Below are positions 40,458 through 52,665 of a stretch of 64,000 nucleotides of DNA, piece after piece. The translations under genes and the position numbers were made by a program. Source of the stretch: Phaeosaccion multiseriatum (Eukaryota > Protista > Ochrophyta, other classes); NCBI GenBank assembly GCA_965112735.1, contig OZ218951.1:1240001-1304000 (forward strand), in the 5' to 3' direction. Every line of letters begins with the position of its first letter. The stretch's first letter is position 1. A model generated the notes under the pieces. The model was not told the origin of the DNA. It ran no database searches and saw nothing but the letters and a program-made list of their open reading frames with translations.

Positions 40458-43400
40458 TGATACAGCAGCAACACTTGCAGCAGCTGCAGCAGCAACTGCT
40501 GTTGCATCAGCAGCGCGAGAAGCAGCAGCAAGAGGAGCGCCAACGCCAAATGGAAGCCGCGCATGCTTCGGCCCAGCAGCAGTACCAGCAGATCCAGCAG
40601 CAGCAGGAGAGAGCCCAGCAGCAGCTGGAGTGGCAGCAGCAGCAACAGCAAGAGGACCTTGCAAAGCAGATTGCAGCCCTCCAGCAGCAGATGATGCAGG
40701 CAGGGGGGGGGCTGAACGGCTTCCAGCAGCAGCAACAGCAGCAGCAGCCCACGTCTCATGGCCATCAGCCGTACCCGTCAATGCCTCTGGAGCAGGCTGG
40801 AGGAGCGGGGGGAGGGGGGGGTTCCTCCTCCGGGCGGGGGGGCAACGACGCACCTTTGTACCGCCACGCGAACCATGTGGGGGCTGTTGGTGGTGGCAGT
40901 GGTCAGCAAGGACCAGGCCAAGGAGGAAACCGTGGGGGCTGGGGAGGGGCAACAGGAGATGGGAGAGGTGGAAGAGGAGGGAGAGGCCATGGCCGAGGAG
41001 GAGGAGGGGGAGGAAACATGGCTGACGGCTTTGGAGGGGGGGGGCAGCACGGTGCTTCCTCAGCTGGAGAGGGGCGGCAAGGGTACCTCAACGCGGAAAC
41101 CCAAACCCCACCACCACCGCCCTACGGCTGCGCAGGAAGAGGAGGAGGAGGCGTCAGCTTGTCTGAGGGGATGCAAAGAGGAATGGAGGGAGGGGGAGGA
41201 GGAGACGGCGGTTCCTGGTTGCAGGGAGACGACAGCAGCTACTTGCCCGGACAATTGCTGGACACACTGGTGACTAACAGCTCGGCGCCTTCTGACAAGT
41301 CAGGAAAGTCTAGCAGGGGAGGCAGGGGTGGTGGGAGGGGCAGCAGGGGAGGAAGCAGGGGTGGGAGGGGTGGCAGAGGAGGCAGGGGAGGAAGGGGCAG
41401 GGGGAGGCCCCCCGGCAGGAGTGCCGCAGCCAAGGCCAATGGGAGGAGCTACGCCTTCTCTGATGATGGCTTCTCTAGTGAGGAGGAGGAGATTGAGGTC
41501 AGATCGCCATCCAAGGGACCCAAGTCGGCCAAAGCACAGGAAGACAGCGCCACCAAACGCAAGAAGGGGTGAGTGAGTGAGTGAGGGAGGAAGGAGGGAG
41601 GGAGGGAGGGATGGCAGTGAGTGAGGGGGTGGATGGGGAAGTGGGAATGAGGGAGTGAGGACACAAAGGGGATTGTGCGACGGGCCTCACGTAAGGTTCA
41701 CGGTTGACTTCCTGTGCTGTTCGCTGACGTATGTATGCTTCGCGCTTCCCCTCTTCCTCCCGCCCCCTTCACCCCCTTCTGTCCTGTGTGTGTGTACGCA
41801 TGCGTGTGCGTGTCTTTTCGAACGCCCACTACTGTGATGGTTGCGTGTCTTTTCGAACGCCCACTACTGTGATGGCTGCGCTGCTCCGCCCGCCCGCCCC
41901 TTCCATATTAAAAAACGCCACCATACAGAGCCCAAGCCAGGAGTAAGACACCCAAGCCGAAAGCCAAGCCGGCGCTCGTGTGCGGCGTGTGCCAAACGGA
42001 GGTGAACGGAGCATTGAACGTGACGGAGTGTTGCGTATGTCGAGGCCCCTTCCACTTCGAGTGCGTGGGCCTGGAGGAGGGGAACCCCCTTCGCCGAGGG
42101 GCCTACGCGTGTGAGGCGTGCTGTGTCGCGGCGGCCGCGGAGGGCAAGGAAGGGGTGGAGCCGGGGGCTCCTGTGAACTCGGTCATCGCTGCCGTGGACC
42201 GGTCGTGGTTGGTCAAGAGCATGGTCCCCACCAAGAAGAAGGGCGGAGGAGCATTGGCAAAGGATGCCGCCGCTGCTGCCATAGCGGAAGCGATCAATAC
42301 CTTTGTGCCCCAGCAGGGCGATTTTGTGTTTTACTTCCCTGAGGGGCACAGGAAGGTATTGGAAGTATTCCCCGAACCACGGGCTGTGCACTTGGCCGAG
42401 CGCCGACCGCTGTGGCTGGCGGCCAAGAATCGCAAGCGTTCCGTCGAACCCAGCCTCTTGTGCAGGGTCAAGGCGGTGTCCTATGAGTTCCCCACTGCGG
42501 GGGATGCATACACGCTCTTCGACCACTCGGCCATTACAATGGTGATGCAGTTGGACCCTGTGCATCCTCCGTCCGGGGCGGCAGCGGCTGCAGCGGCGGC
42601 GGCAGCAGCAGGAGTGAGCTTGGAAGGAGGGGCAGGGGCAGGAGGGCACGGAAGAGGGGGCAGAACCAAACCCTTCACCGTTTCTCTGCGCCCGATTAGC
42701 ATGGCAGAGTTTGTGGTGCCTGTGGAGAGGGTGAGCAAGGCAAAGGAGCAGGACTACAGGTCCGGAGACCGCATCGGGATGGAGTTTGCAGACACGGGCA
42801 TGTTCGAAGGGACCGTCGAGGGAGACCCTGTGGGCGACCCGAGGTTCGGTACTCCCGTTTGGGACGGTTTGCTGGTCAAGTGGGCGGATAACGACGTCAA
42901 TGCGGTCAATGCGTGGGAGGTAGAGCGGCTCTCCTCGACGGCAGGCAGCAGCAGCAGCAGCAGCAGTAGCAGCAGCAGCAAGAAGAAGAGCCCTCGAAAG
43001 GGGAAAGGCAAGGCGAAGGGGACGAAAGGGGCGAGTAATGTGGCCCCTGAGCTGTCTGCCGAGGCGCAGCACGGAGCAATGCTGCTGGCCTGGGCTCTCA
43101 TTCGCGACCGGACAGAGCGACTCACGCAGGTGCGTAGGGAGTGGGTACAAGGGATAGGGTTGTGTATGTGTGAGTGTGGGTGTCGACCCTCTGCCGCCCC
43201 TCCGCTGATCTTCACTTCCTTCGAGCCGACACCGCCCTTCCCTGTCTTCCAACTCACCCACCCCTCCCTTCCCCTCCGCCGCACGCCCCTCTCTGCCTTC
43301 CCCTGCCTTGTTCATCTCAACATCCCCTCTCCCTTCCTCAGGCCCAATGTGCAGCCGCAGATGAGGCGCTGCAAAACCTCTCCGAGAGAGAGGCAAACGA

Positions 43401-44079
43401 GCTGTCCATGTTCTTTCCTCCTGTGACGGACCAAGTCGCCCCTGGCTACAGCAGCGAAATCGCCCTACCCATGTGTGTCGACATCATTGTGGAGCGCCTC
43501 AGGAGCAGCTACTACCGCTGGCCGCAGGCGGTGATGAGCGACTTGCAGCTCATTGTTCGCAACGCCGAGGCGTACAATGGAGTCGACAGTGGTATTGCTC
43601 AGATGGCCAGAGCCGCGATGCGGACGGCAGAGGCGATCATCAAGAAGGCTTTTGCAGGTGCAAAGGGCAAGGATCCCCCAGCTTCAGCAGCCCCCCCAGC
43701 GGAAGAGGGAGATGAAATCGAAGAGGCAGAGGAGGAAGAAGTAGCAGCGCCTGTTACGCCTCCTTCCACTGCAGGAGGAGGACGGGGAGGGAAGTCGAGA
43801 AAGGCAGGGAAGGGGAAAGGAGGCAGGGCAGAAGCAGAAGCAACAGCAACAGCAGCAGCAGTGGTGACGCCCTCCTCAGCGGCAAAAGGAGGGGGAAGAG
43901 GAGGAGGAAGGGCGAAAAATGCTGGCAAGGGCGGAGGTGTTGAAGCAGCATCAGTGACTCCGTCCTCAGGAGGGAGAGGAGGAGGAGGGAAAGTGAAAAA
44001 GGCAGGCAAACGGGGAGAAGGAGGTGGGACGGAGGACGCAGGGGTGGGGCGAGGGAGCCGCCGGAGTGGGAAGAAATAG
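28355..44079 (+). CDS. Giant chromatin-reader protein (~3,815 aa): DDT, WHIM1-like, PHD, AT-hooks, BPTF/DDT-PHD-type conserved blocks, coiled-coil/polyQ, second PHD, BRWD/PHIP-type ancillary domain, bromodomain
   Basis: 14 phase-consistent exons: 28355-30332, 30508-30658, 31387-31492, 31858-32005, 32278-32378, 32691-32865, 33103-35505, 35917-36137, 36381-36497, 36663-37715, 38028-38243, 38729-41568, 41929-43129, 43342-44079 (11,448 nt). Motifs: VYALLRSLS...LDAMNWP, CIICDSGGNLICCDQCPRAYHVKC, KRGRGRPRK x2, CGVC...CCVC...FHFEC...CEAC, FVPQQGDFVFYFPEGH, APGYSSEIALPM...NAEAYN. Confidence 0.85.
35681..35755 (+). repeat. Intronic 25-bp minisatellite x3 (TCTTCGCACTCGCCCCTCATCCACT)
   Basis: Three head-to-tail copies with no spacers. 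Confidence 0.95.
38575..38720 (+). repeat. Intronic (CACT)n array next to the acceptor at 38728
   Basis: Read directly from the sequence. Confidence 0.9.
41807..41875 (+). repeat. Intronic tandem duplication, 35-bp period (TGCGTGTCTTTTCGAACGCCCACTACTGTGATGG x2)
   Basis: Two exact 34-nt copies separated by one T. Confidence 0.95.
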
Positions 44080-44529
44080 CCCACAGCAGCACAGCAGCAG
44101 CAGCAGCAGCAGTGGGGGTAGCAGTAGTAGTAGTAGTAGTAGGAGGAGGAGGAGGAGTAGGAGTACGAGGAGGAGCAGCAGCAGGAGGGAGAGGAAGAGC
44201 GGGGGGAGATGGCGGGGGGGGAGGGGGAGGAGATGGCGGGGGAGGAGTTGGAGGAGAAGGTGGCGGTGGAGGGAGAGGCGAGAATGTGGAGCGATGACAC
44301 CAGAAGAGGCATGGGTTGAGCGGGGTCAACAAGGGACTTGAATCTCGCCAGGGGGGGTGCGACTACCCTTGTATACGCCCCTCGACACACACACACGCAC
44401 ATATGACTTGGTCAGTTGGTTGGTTTGTTGACTATCAATATACGCAGATTTGTACAGTCCGTAAGCAGCAGTAACGTTTTTGTCGTGCTTCGAGTTCAGA
44501 CTCCCTTCGGCGGGCTTCGTAAGATGACA

Positions 44530-44569
<40 letters not shown>

Positions 44570-44572
44570 TGC

Positions 44573-44633
44573 ACTTGTAAGATGGCCTTGTTTAGTGTGA
44601 GATATACTTGTAAGATGGCCTTTTGTTTAGTGT
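44573..44633 (+). repeat. ~34-bp imperfect tandem duplication (ACTTGTAAGATGGCCTT..GTTTAGTGT) between convergent 3' ends
   Basis: Read directly from the sequence. Confidence 0.85.
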
Positions 44634-44658
44634 TACAAGTCATGTCTGTCTGCCAAAC

Positions 44659-44740
44659 TCATTGAGTTACTCCTCCAGCCGCCGCCCCCGCCGCCGCCGC
44701 TCTCTCCGCCTCCTCTTCCTCCTCCTCCTCCTCCTGCTGC

Positions 44741-44775
<35 letters not shown>

Positions 44776-47700
44776 TATCACCAACTGCTGCTGCTGCTCC
44801 TCTTCGAGCTCCTGGAGCTTGAGCTTCTTGCTAATCTTTTGCAGCTTCGCACAGAGTGTGGCAGGGGCTGAAGTACTGAGCTTGTTCATGATCGGGGCCG
44901 GTAAGCTTCCCCTGAGGTCAGTGTGGACGATCATGGTCAGCAGGCACCCCCCAGTGGATACAGGCACCATGAGGAAGCCACAGAGCATGACGTCACCCCT
45001 GACGTAGCCATTGACCTTGAGGGGGCGCGGCAGGCAGAAGGGGGAGAGAGGGGGGGGGGATGGAGGGAGCGGGGGGGAAGTGAGCGAGAGTGGAAGCGAG
45101 AGAGAGAGAAGGGAGAGAGAGGGGGGGGGGATAGAGGGAGAGAGAGCGAGAGAGAGAGGGAGAGAGAGACAGAGAGAGAGAGAGAGGAGAGACAAGAGAG
45201 CGAGCGAGAGAGAGAGAGAGAGCCTCCGTTTAAACCCACCATGGGCATTCGTTCGTGGACGGTGGAGCGGTTGCAAAGGTATGTAGTGCCGTCCTCCAAG
45301 CCACCCCACACGGAGAGAAGAGTGAAGTCGCGAGGTGCGGTGGGCCAGATTGGCTTGTAACGGGTGCGCTTGAAGGCTGCTTGGTGACCTGGCACTGCCT
45401 CGATCACCTGTGAAGTCACGGTGGAGTGGGGTGGGGTGGAGTGGGGTGGGGTGGGGTGGAGGGAGGGAGTGAATGGGTGAGTGAATTGGTGAATCAGTGT
45501 AGCGGAGGGGAGTGGAGTGGAGTGGAGTGGAGCGGAGAGGGGTGGAATGAATGAAGTGAATTGGATCGGAGGGAGGGAGTTGGCGAGTTGGGGGTGAGTG
45601 AGAGTGAATGGGTGGGGGAGTGGACCACGGGCGCACAGACTGTCACAGACCGGGGGTGGGGTGAGTGGACAGATGTATGGATGGATGGAGATGGACGGGT
45701 GGAACAGAAACACTCATGACACGACACAGCCACCCTCCCTCGCCCCTCCCGGCGTCCCTCCCCCCGTCCCTCCCTCCCTCCCTCCTCTCCCTCCTTCCCT
45801 CCCTCCCTCCCTCCCTCCCTCCCTTTCCTTTCTCCCTCCCTCCCTCCCCTCCCTCCCCCATTCCTTCCTTCCCTCCCTCCCTCCCTCCCTCCCTCCCTCC
45901 CGTCCCTCCTCCCTCCCTCCCTTCCTCCTCTCTCACCTCAATGCAGTCGAAGAGGTCATCGTACTCCCCAATGCGCGAGTCGTCAAGCAAAAAGTCAAGC
46001 ATGGTGGCAGGGTTTGCTTCCAGAGGCACGCGCACGCGAATCATGTTCCAGATGGTGCCAGGGACCACGGCCTTCCACAGCCGCACGCCGCTCTCTCCAC
46101 CGTCCCTGGCCAGGGCCCAGTTCACCTTTTTCAGTTTCGGATTCGGTTTCAGTGTCAGTGTCGACAAATCAAATCGATCATAGACACACTACATATATAC
46201 ATCAATACCAATCACATAGAAACCAGCATCGATCACGTGGACATCAATAAATCGATATCGATATCGAGCTCACCTGCGGCCCGTCCATGCACTCTCCGTC
46301 GCTCGCCAAGGCCAACATGTCTCTCAGGGCCGCCTCTCTCCGTTGCTGCACCTTTAAGCGCATTGCCTCGGCAGGTTCCAGCAAGAACGACGAGCGGCGA
46401 GTGTGCCCTGTGCCGGCGCCACCACCCACTGTCACCCCCTCTCCTCCCATTCCAGCCCCCCCCTCGGCCCCTTCTCCTCCCTTTGCCACCGCGGCTGCTG
46501 CAAAGGCTGCAGCTTCCGCTTCCTCCCTCTCAATGTCCTCTTCCTCTGCAGACAGTTCCGAGAGCGTGTCCTCGTCGCCCACTGCCATCCCCCTCCCATC
46601 CTCCTCCGCCCCCTCCTCCCCCTCCCCTCCCTCCTGCTCCTCCTCCCTCTTCCCCTCCTCCCCAGACGCGTTGCAGAGACTCGCAATGTCCGCGATACTA
46701 TCCTGAGCGTCACCACTGCGAGCCCCCATTCCCATTTGACTGTGACCATGGTTGTGGATGAGTTGACGCGCATCTGCCCCCTCCAAAGTCTGCTCCACCA
46801 CCCACTTGAGCTCTTGCAGGATATGAATAGGCCCTATGAAGTGACTGCAAGCCTCAAGCTCCTCGAAGGCGGGCAGGAACTCCGAAAAGCAAAGCTGCGT
46901 GAAGAAGGTAACTTCGCTTTGCTGCTGTATCACCAACTGCTGCTGCTGCCGCTGCCGTTGCCGCTGCCGTCGCCGCACCTTCTCTTCGTCCTCGCCGTCG
47001 TCGCCCTCCTCCTTCTCTTCTTCGGTCAGTGCTCCCCAGAACCTCCTCCCCACCCTCCTCCCTTGTTGCCACAGCTGCCGCCGCTGCTGCATACCCCATG
47101 AGAAAGCACCTCCTTCCTGATCCTCCTCCTCCCGCTCCTCCTCACCATCCTCCTCCTCCTCTGCCACCTGCACCTCTCTCTTGGGCACGATAACAAACCC
47201 CGAAGTACCCAGTCTCCCCCTTACGTACTCAGCACAGGGGGGCAGGGCAGGGTGCTCTACCGAAGCATAGGCAATGATGCCGCCCCCCCCGGGCAAAGCA
47301 TGGAAGATCCTTAAAATAACAAAATCGCGCTTGATGCGCTGGCGGCGGTGGGTGCAGGTGAACCAGTAAATAGCGGTGTCGTCGGCGGCACCCTCGCCCT
47401 CTTCTGCTCCTCCCCCTGCTGCTGCTGCTGCTCCTTCTCCTACTCCTGCTCCTCTGCCCCCGGCTGCTGCTCCTCCTCCTCCTCCTCCTCCTCCTCCTCC
47501 TCCTCCTCCTCCTCCACCACCCGAATAAGAGGCGGCGTCATCAGAAAGGGCAGCCGCGCCCACCGCCGTCGCCGCCGCCGCCGCCGCCGCCACAGCTGCC
47601 GTACCACCAACAGCAGCACCAGAAGGAGCAGAGGAGGGGCGGGGGGATTGGGAGTTGGAGTTGAGCGTTTCTATGACTACCTGCCGATCGACCACATAGT

Positions 47701-48024
47701 CTGGGCCAAGCATTGCCGCACTCTCCAGCAAGATGCCGGAGAGCTCGTCGGCACTTGCTCGTACTGTTGTGCTGGCCCCCAGCCGGATCTGTGCATGTGT
47801 TGACAGATGACAGACAGCCAGCAGTGGTTGGTCATACAGAACAAGTTACAGCAGTACAGTTAAGAGTACAGCAGTTGGGTGATATAGCGGCAGAGCCAAA
47901 TAGGCAGGAAGAGGAGGAAAGAGGAGGATGAGGGGGAGAGAGAGAACGAGTGAGAACAGAGACTCACTCATACACTCACACATCGAGAGAGAGAGAGATG
48001 GAGAGAGAGAAAGAGCGACACACA

Positions 48025-48078
<54 letters not shown>

Positions 48079-48454
48079 ACGGACTGCTTAGGCCTGGGCT
48101 CGGGGGCTCAGGGCCGTTCCCCGCACCTTCTTGGTACCCGGGATCGGGCACTTGTAGAGCGCCATGTCCGCTGCTTGCGCTGGCGGTGGAGGCGCGTGCG
48201 TGGAGGAGCTGGTGTCAGGACCGCTACCGCTGCCCATATGACTACCGCTGCTGTTGCCGTGCCTCAATTGCACCCATTCAATGGAGGCGTCACTGGCCAA
48301 GCGCTGCACGGACCCCATGATGGAGCGAGCTTCCGACAAGGCATACGTACGACTGATCCTCGGCAGCGGCGCCCGCTCGTCCGCCAGGTCCACAAGAGAG
48401 GCACAGGAGGAAGCGCGGCTGTGCGAGCCCCACCCAGTGCCGTGGATGCTGCCG

Positions 48455-48491
<37 letters not shown>

Positions 48492-48599
48492 GGTTATTGT
48501 TGTTGCCACCGCCGAGCAGAGGCTGACCGTCTCTGCTCTCATCGTCGTCTCGCCTCTGCCTTTGCCCCGCCCCCCATCCCCACCCGCCTCCTCCTCCTC

Positions 48600-48645
<46 letters not shown>

Positions 48646-51600
48646 TGTTGCTGGTGCTGCCTCTGCGATGCCGCCGCTGCTCGTACTGCGTATGATAGGG
48701 CCCGACGTTGTCCGCGAGCGGCGGCGAAGTGGACCCCTTCCCCTTCCCATGCCCACACCAACACCCCCTCCCCCACCCGTCCTCCCTTCGCCTCCTCCTT
48801 CCTGTGCGCGTTCGTCCTCACCTTCCTCATCGAAAAGCAACGCTTGCCCTGCATCCGATGTGTTGCTGATGAACGAGCTGTTGTGTATCAAGCCTCCTCC
48901 TCCTCCTCCTCCTCCTCCTCCTCCTCCTGTGGCGTCCGACATACTCCGCTGCTCTTGTATCACCAACTGCTGCTGTTGCTGCTGCTGCTGCCCACGCCCC
49001 AACAGCGTCCCCCTTAGCACCATCCTCTGTATCTTTCGCATGAGTCGATAGGAAGGTTTCTTGGAGAGTCGATTGATGACCGTCGCCGGCAGGGCACCCC
49101 CCAGGTCCACATGACTATACATGAGCACTTCACTCCCCGCCACAAGCTCATCCTGCGCCCGGAAACCTCCCCCCCGGGGGTGGTGCTGCACGAGGGAAGC
49201 CTGGTCCAGCCCGTTCAGGGTCAGCACTGAGTGGGCGTGGGCGTGTGGGTGTGCGTTTGCGTGCCCTGCTACAGGGGTAGGAGCACCACCACCGGGCGTG
49301 CCACCACCGCCGCCACTACCACCACCACCACCACCACCACCACCACCGCCCTGACCTCCACCTTCCCCGCCCGCGCCTCCGCTGCCTCTCCCTCCTCCTC
49401 TTGCACCACCACCACTGCTGCTATCCTCCTCCATCCTCCCACCCCCGCCCACTCCGCTCTCACCACCACCACCTGCTCCTCCTCCTCCTCCTCCTCCTCC
49501 TCCTGCTCCTACTCCCCCTCCTCCCCCACGACAGGCCGCAGCGGCAGAAACTGCGGCTGAAGCGGCAGCAGCGGCGGCTGCACTATCGCCCACAACTTTC
49601 CGGAGCTGAAAGGGCGACACCAGCGCAGGCGTAATTACCCACCCACACGACACAATACTCCCCCTCACGTACTTGGGCGTCTCGGGAAAGTTGGGGTGCT
49701 GCACTGATTTCGTGGCAATCACCACCGTCCCATCCGCAAATTCCTCCCACGTAGACTTAATAACAAAGTCCCTCGGTCGCGTCGGCCACACCGCTTTGTA
49801 GGAGCTCCATCGTATGCTGGTGCGGTCGTTGACTCTCTCCACGTGGCGAATGCTATCGAACATGCCGTCATACTCGGCGATTCTTGAGTCGTCAATAAGC
49901 AGGCTAAGAAGCTGCGCCGGCGTGGCCTCACAGTGCATCGACGCTCGGATTCTACCGAGTGAAGCACCGCGCACTTGACTCGTGGCCACCCGTATTCCTC
50001 TCCGATCTCGCACGACAAACCAGGGGCTCGTGCCCGGCCTCGGTGCGTCGGCCACAGCCGACAGAAGGTCTGACACCATAAGATGTTCGTCGGACTGGAA
50101 ACCCATGTTGCTGGAGCGGCGTTGGAGCTGCGATTGCGCCTCCAGAATGGCCGAGTGAGGGTCCTCATGCACGTGTGCTGCTGCTGTAACACCAACTGGT
50201 GCTCCTGCTGGTGCTTGCCCTCCTCCTCCTCCTCCTCCTCCTCCGCCTCCTCCTCCCCCGGCCCTTTCCTCCTCTCTCTCTATCTCCCTCTCGCTGTCGT
50301 ATTCGTCCTCTCCGTCTCCGATCAGCCACTCCTCTCCTCCCTCTAACAGTCCCTCAATCTCCGGCTGAAACGTCCCCTCTTCCGCACCGCCATCCCCAGC
50401 AGCAGCAGCCGCAGCCGCAGCCGTAGCAGCTCCTAGCGCTACCGCGGCGGACACAGACACAGGCCTCCCCGGTCTCCCACTTGCTGCTGCCGCTCCCTCT
50501 GCTATCGCTGCCACTGCTGCTGCCTCTGCCGCGTCCCCCTGCCTCTGCTGTACCACCAATTGCCGTTGTTGTCGCTCCTCCAGCCGTGCTTTCTCCCCCT
50601 GGTGCTCTTCTCTCAGCAGGCGCAATGCCTCTTGCTGCTTCCACAGCAGCTCCTCTCGCTCGCTTTGATGTACTTGCTTCAGTTGCTCAGGTAGAAGAGA
50701 CTTGGCTACCTCCTCTTCCTCCTCCTGCCTTTGTCTCCCCTCACTTCCAGCGATCAAGCCTGACCAGGGTGAGATGCGCCCTGCTCCGAGCAGCTCAGTG
50801 AGCCGACCCAGCCGGCCCGTCGCGACCATTGGTGTTGTGGCAGAGCTCTGACGGTTCTCTGGCGCTCCATGTTCGGACGTGCTTCCTCCCCCCCACAGCA
50901 ACGAGAGACCCCCTGCTGCCCTTGCTGCCCCCTCCTCTGCTCCTCCCTCCCCTCCCGCCGCACCACCACCAACACCACCAGCAGCAGCAGCATTGGCTGC
51001 CATCCCGTGGCAGAGCGCATCCCCACTGCTGTTGCGTCTGAGCGCTTTGCCAGTGTGCAAGGACGGGGACGAAAGCCGATCTGTGCTCTGCGCGCGCTGC
51101 CCCATCCATAGGCTGTTCCATAGCCCAGTGGTTACTCTATTGGCTGAAGGGTTGCCTTCGGCGGAGTCCCACGTACCTTGATAGGCACTCCGGATGCTGC
51201 TTCCAACCATGGATGACAGCGCCAATGGTCCAAGGCGTGCCGAGGAGGGTATCGTAGCATCGACGAGAGCCGCACCAGCACCAGCACCTGCACCGACAGC
51301 TGGCGATGGAGCAGTCACGGCGTCAGGAGCAGAGGAGGCTGACACTGCAGCAGAGGGGGGAGCTTCCTCCTCTTCTTCGCCCCCAGAGGCACTGCGGCTT
51401 TGTTCCACGTCTTCCCTATCTACTAACCCACGACGCTGCTCACGATGCTGCACACCCGTGGTACTCGTACGCGTAGCCTCCTCTCTCTCCTCTTCGTCCT
51501 CTTGCTCCTGCTCCTCCTCCTGCTCCTTCTCCCCCTCCGCCTCCTCCTCCTCCTCCTCCTCCTCCTCCTCCTCTTCCTCTTCTTCTTCCTTCTCCTTCGC

Positions 51601-52264
51601 CTGCTGCTGTTGATGATGTCCGACGCTTACATCCGCCCGCTCTAGACTCAAGTTGCTTGCTGCTATGCGGCGGAGACGAGTTTGACAAGGGGAGGGAGGA
51701 CCACGCGAGTCAGTGGGCATCAACGGGGTGGATGTGCCTGGCTTTATGGACTAGAAGAGCGGGTGCAGTGGCGTACGGGGGGAGAAAAGAGATGGCATCT
51801 TCAAACAGCACCCCACCTGACTGCTCTCATCGTCTCTGCTTACCCTGTGTGGTCCCACTTCCCCTCTCTGCTGCTTCTGCTTCTGCTTCCCTCGCCGCCG
51901 TCGCCTCTCCACCCTCGTGGGTTGCGCCTTGTCGCCCCTCCCACGTCCCTCTGCCCTCTTCTCCCCAGGAGCTTCCATTCTGCTGCAGACGCCAGTCCAG
52001 TAGAGCAACGAAGCCCAGGTTACATCCCACCCACAAGACAAAGTACGCGACTGAACCAGCGCTCCAGAAAGTAATCCAGCTCAGACCCACCACCGACACC
52101 ACCACACAGCGCCCTCGAGTAGACACAGACTCTTCGAAGTACTGTATGACAGCATTGTCTGCGGCACGCACCCCGCGCCCTCGCTTCTTTCCTCGGATGC
52201 CCTTCCTAGCCTCTCTTGTTCTACCATCCACGGGCGTTCCAGGCGCCGCCGCTTCCGATGGCAT
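44659..52264 (-). CDS. Membrane-anchored protein (~2,060 aa) with three START lipid-binding domains
   Basis: Exons 52264-51844, 51662-48127, 47788-46274, 46125-45937, 45407-45240, 45015-44659 (6,186 nt). START motifs: YKAVWPTRPRDFV...SVQHPNFPETPKYVRG; IKRDFVIL...SVEHPALPPCAEYVRG; YKPIWPTAPRDFT...NGYVRG...HTDLRGSLP. N-terminal hydrophobic hairpin. Confidence 0.88.
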
Positions 52265-52665
52265 AGCGTAGAGAGAGAAGAGCCTCTTCTGCCGAGGGCG
52301 GGAAAGAGCTCGTGCTCCTGTCGATTGAGCTTGCGTGCGTTGGCATCTAGAGACGAGTTTGGCCGATGGTAGTTTGAATCGAATATGCTGTGGGTTACGA
52401 AGAAAGGAGCGCACCGACGGGAGCGACACTACACTCCGTCAGTAGCACCACGATCAGTAGATGTTCGAGTCCAAAGCGACAGAGCTCATGGATATGGATT
52501 AATATACTTAAGAGGGAGGGAGGGACTGAAAAGGAATCTTCCCAGCTGAAACTAAAACTTTTCGGATTTATCGTCTCCGGTCTCCGGGGGCGTCCAGAAT
52601 GTATTCCATAATTATGAAGCCGGGGTACTCCCCCCTGTTCAAAGGGGCTGGTAAGAGAGGGGCGT

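Noticed and set aside
39526-43396. Long antisense ORFs overlapping the chromatin gene
   Set aside because: Shadow ORFs caused by GC-rich codon use and CAG tracts; no recognisable domain.
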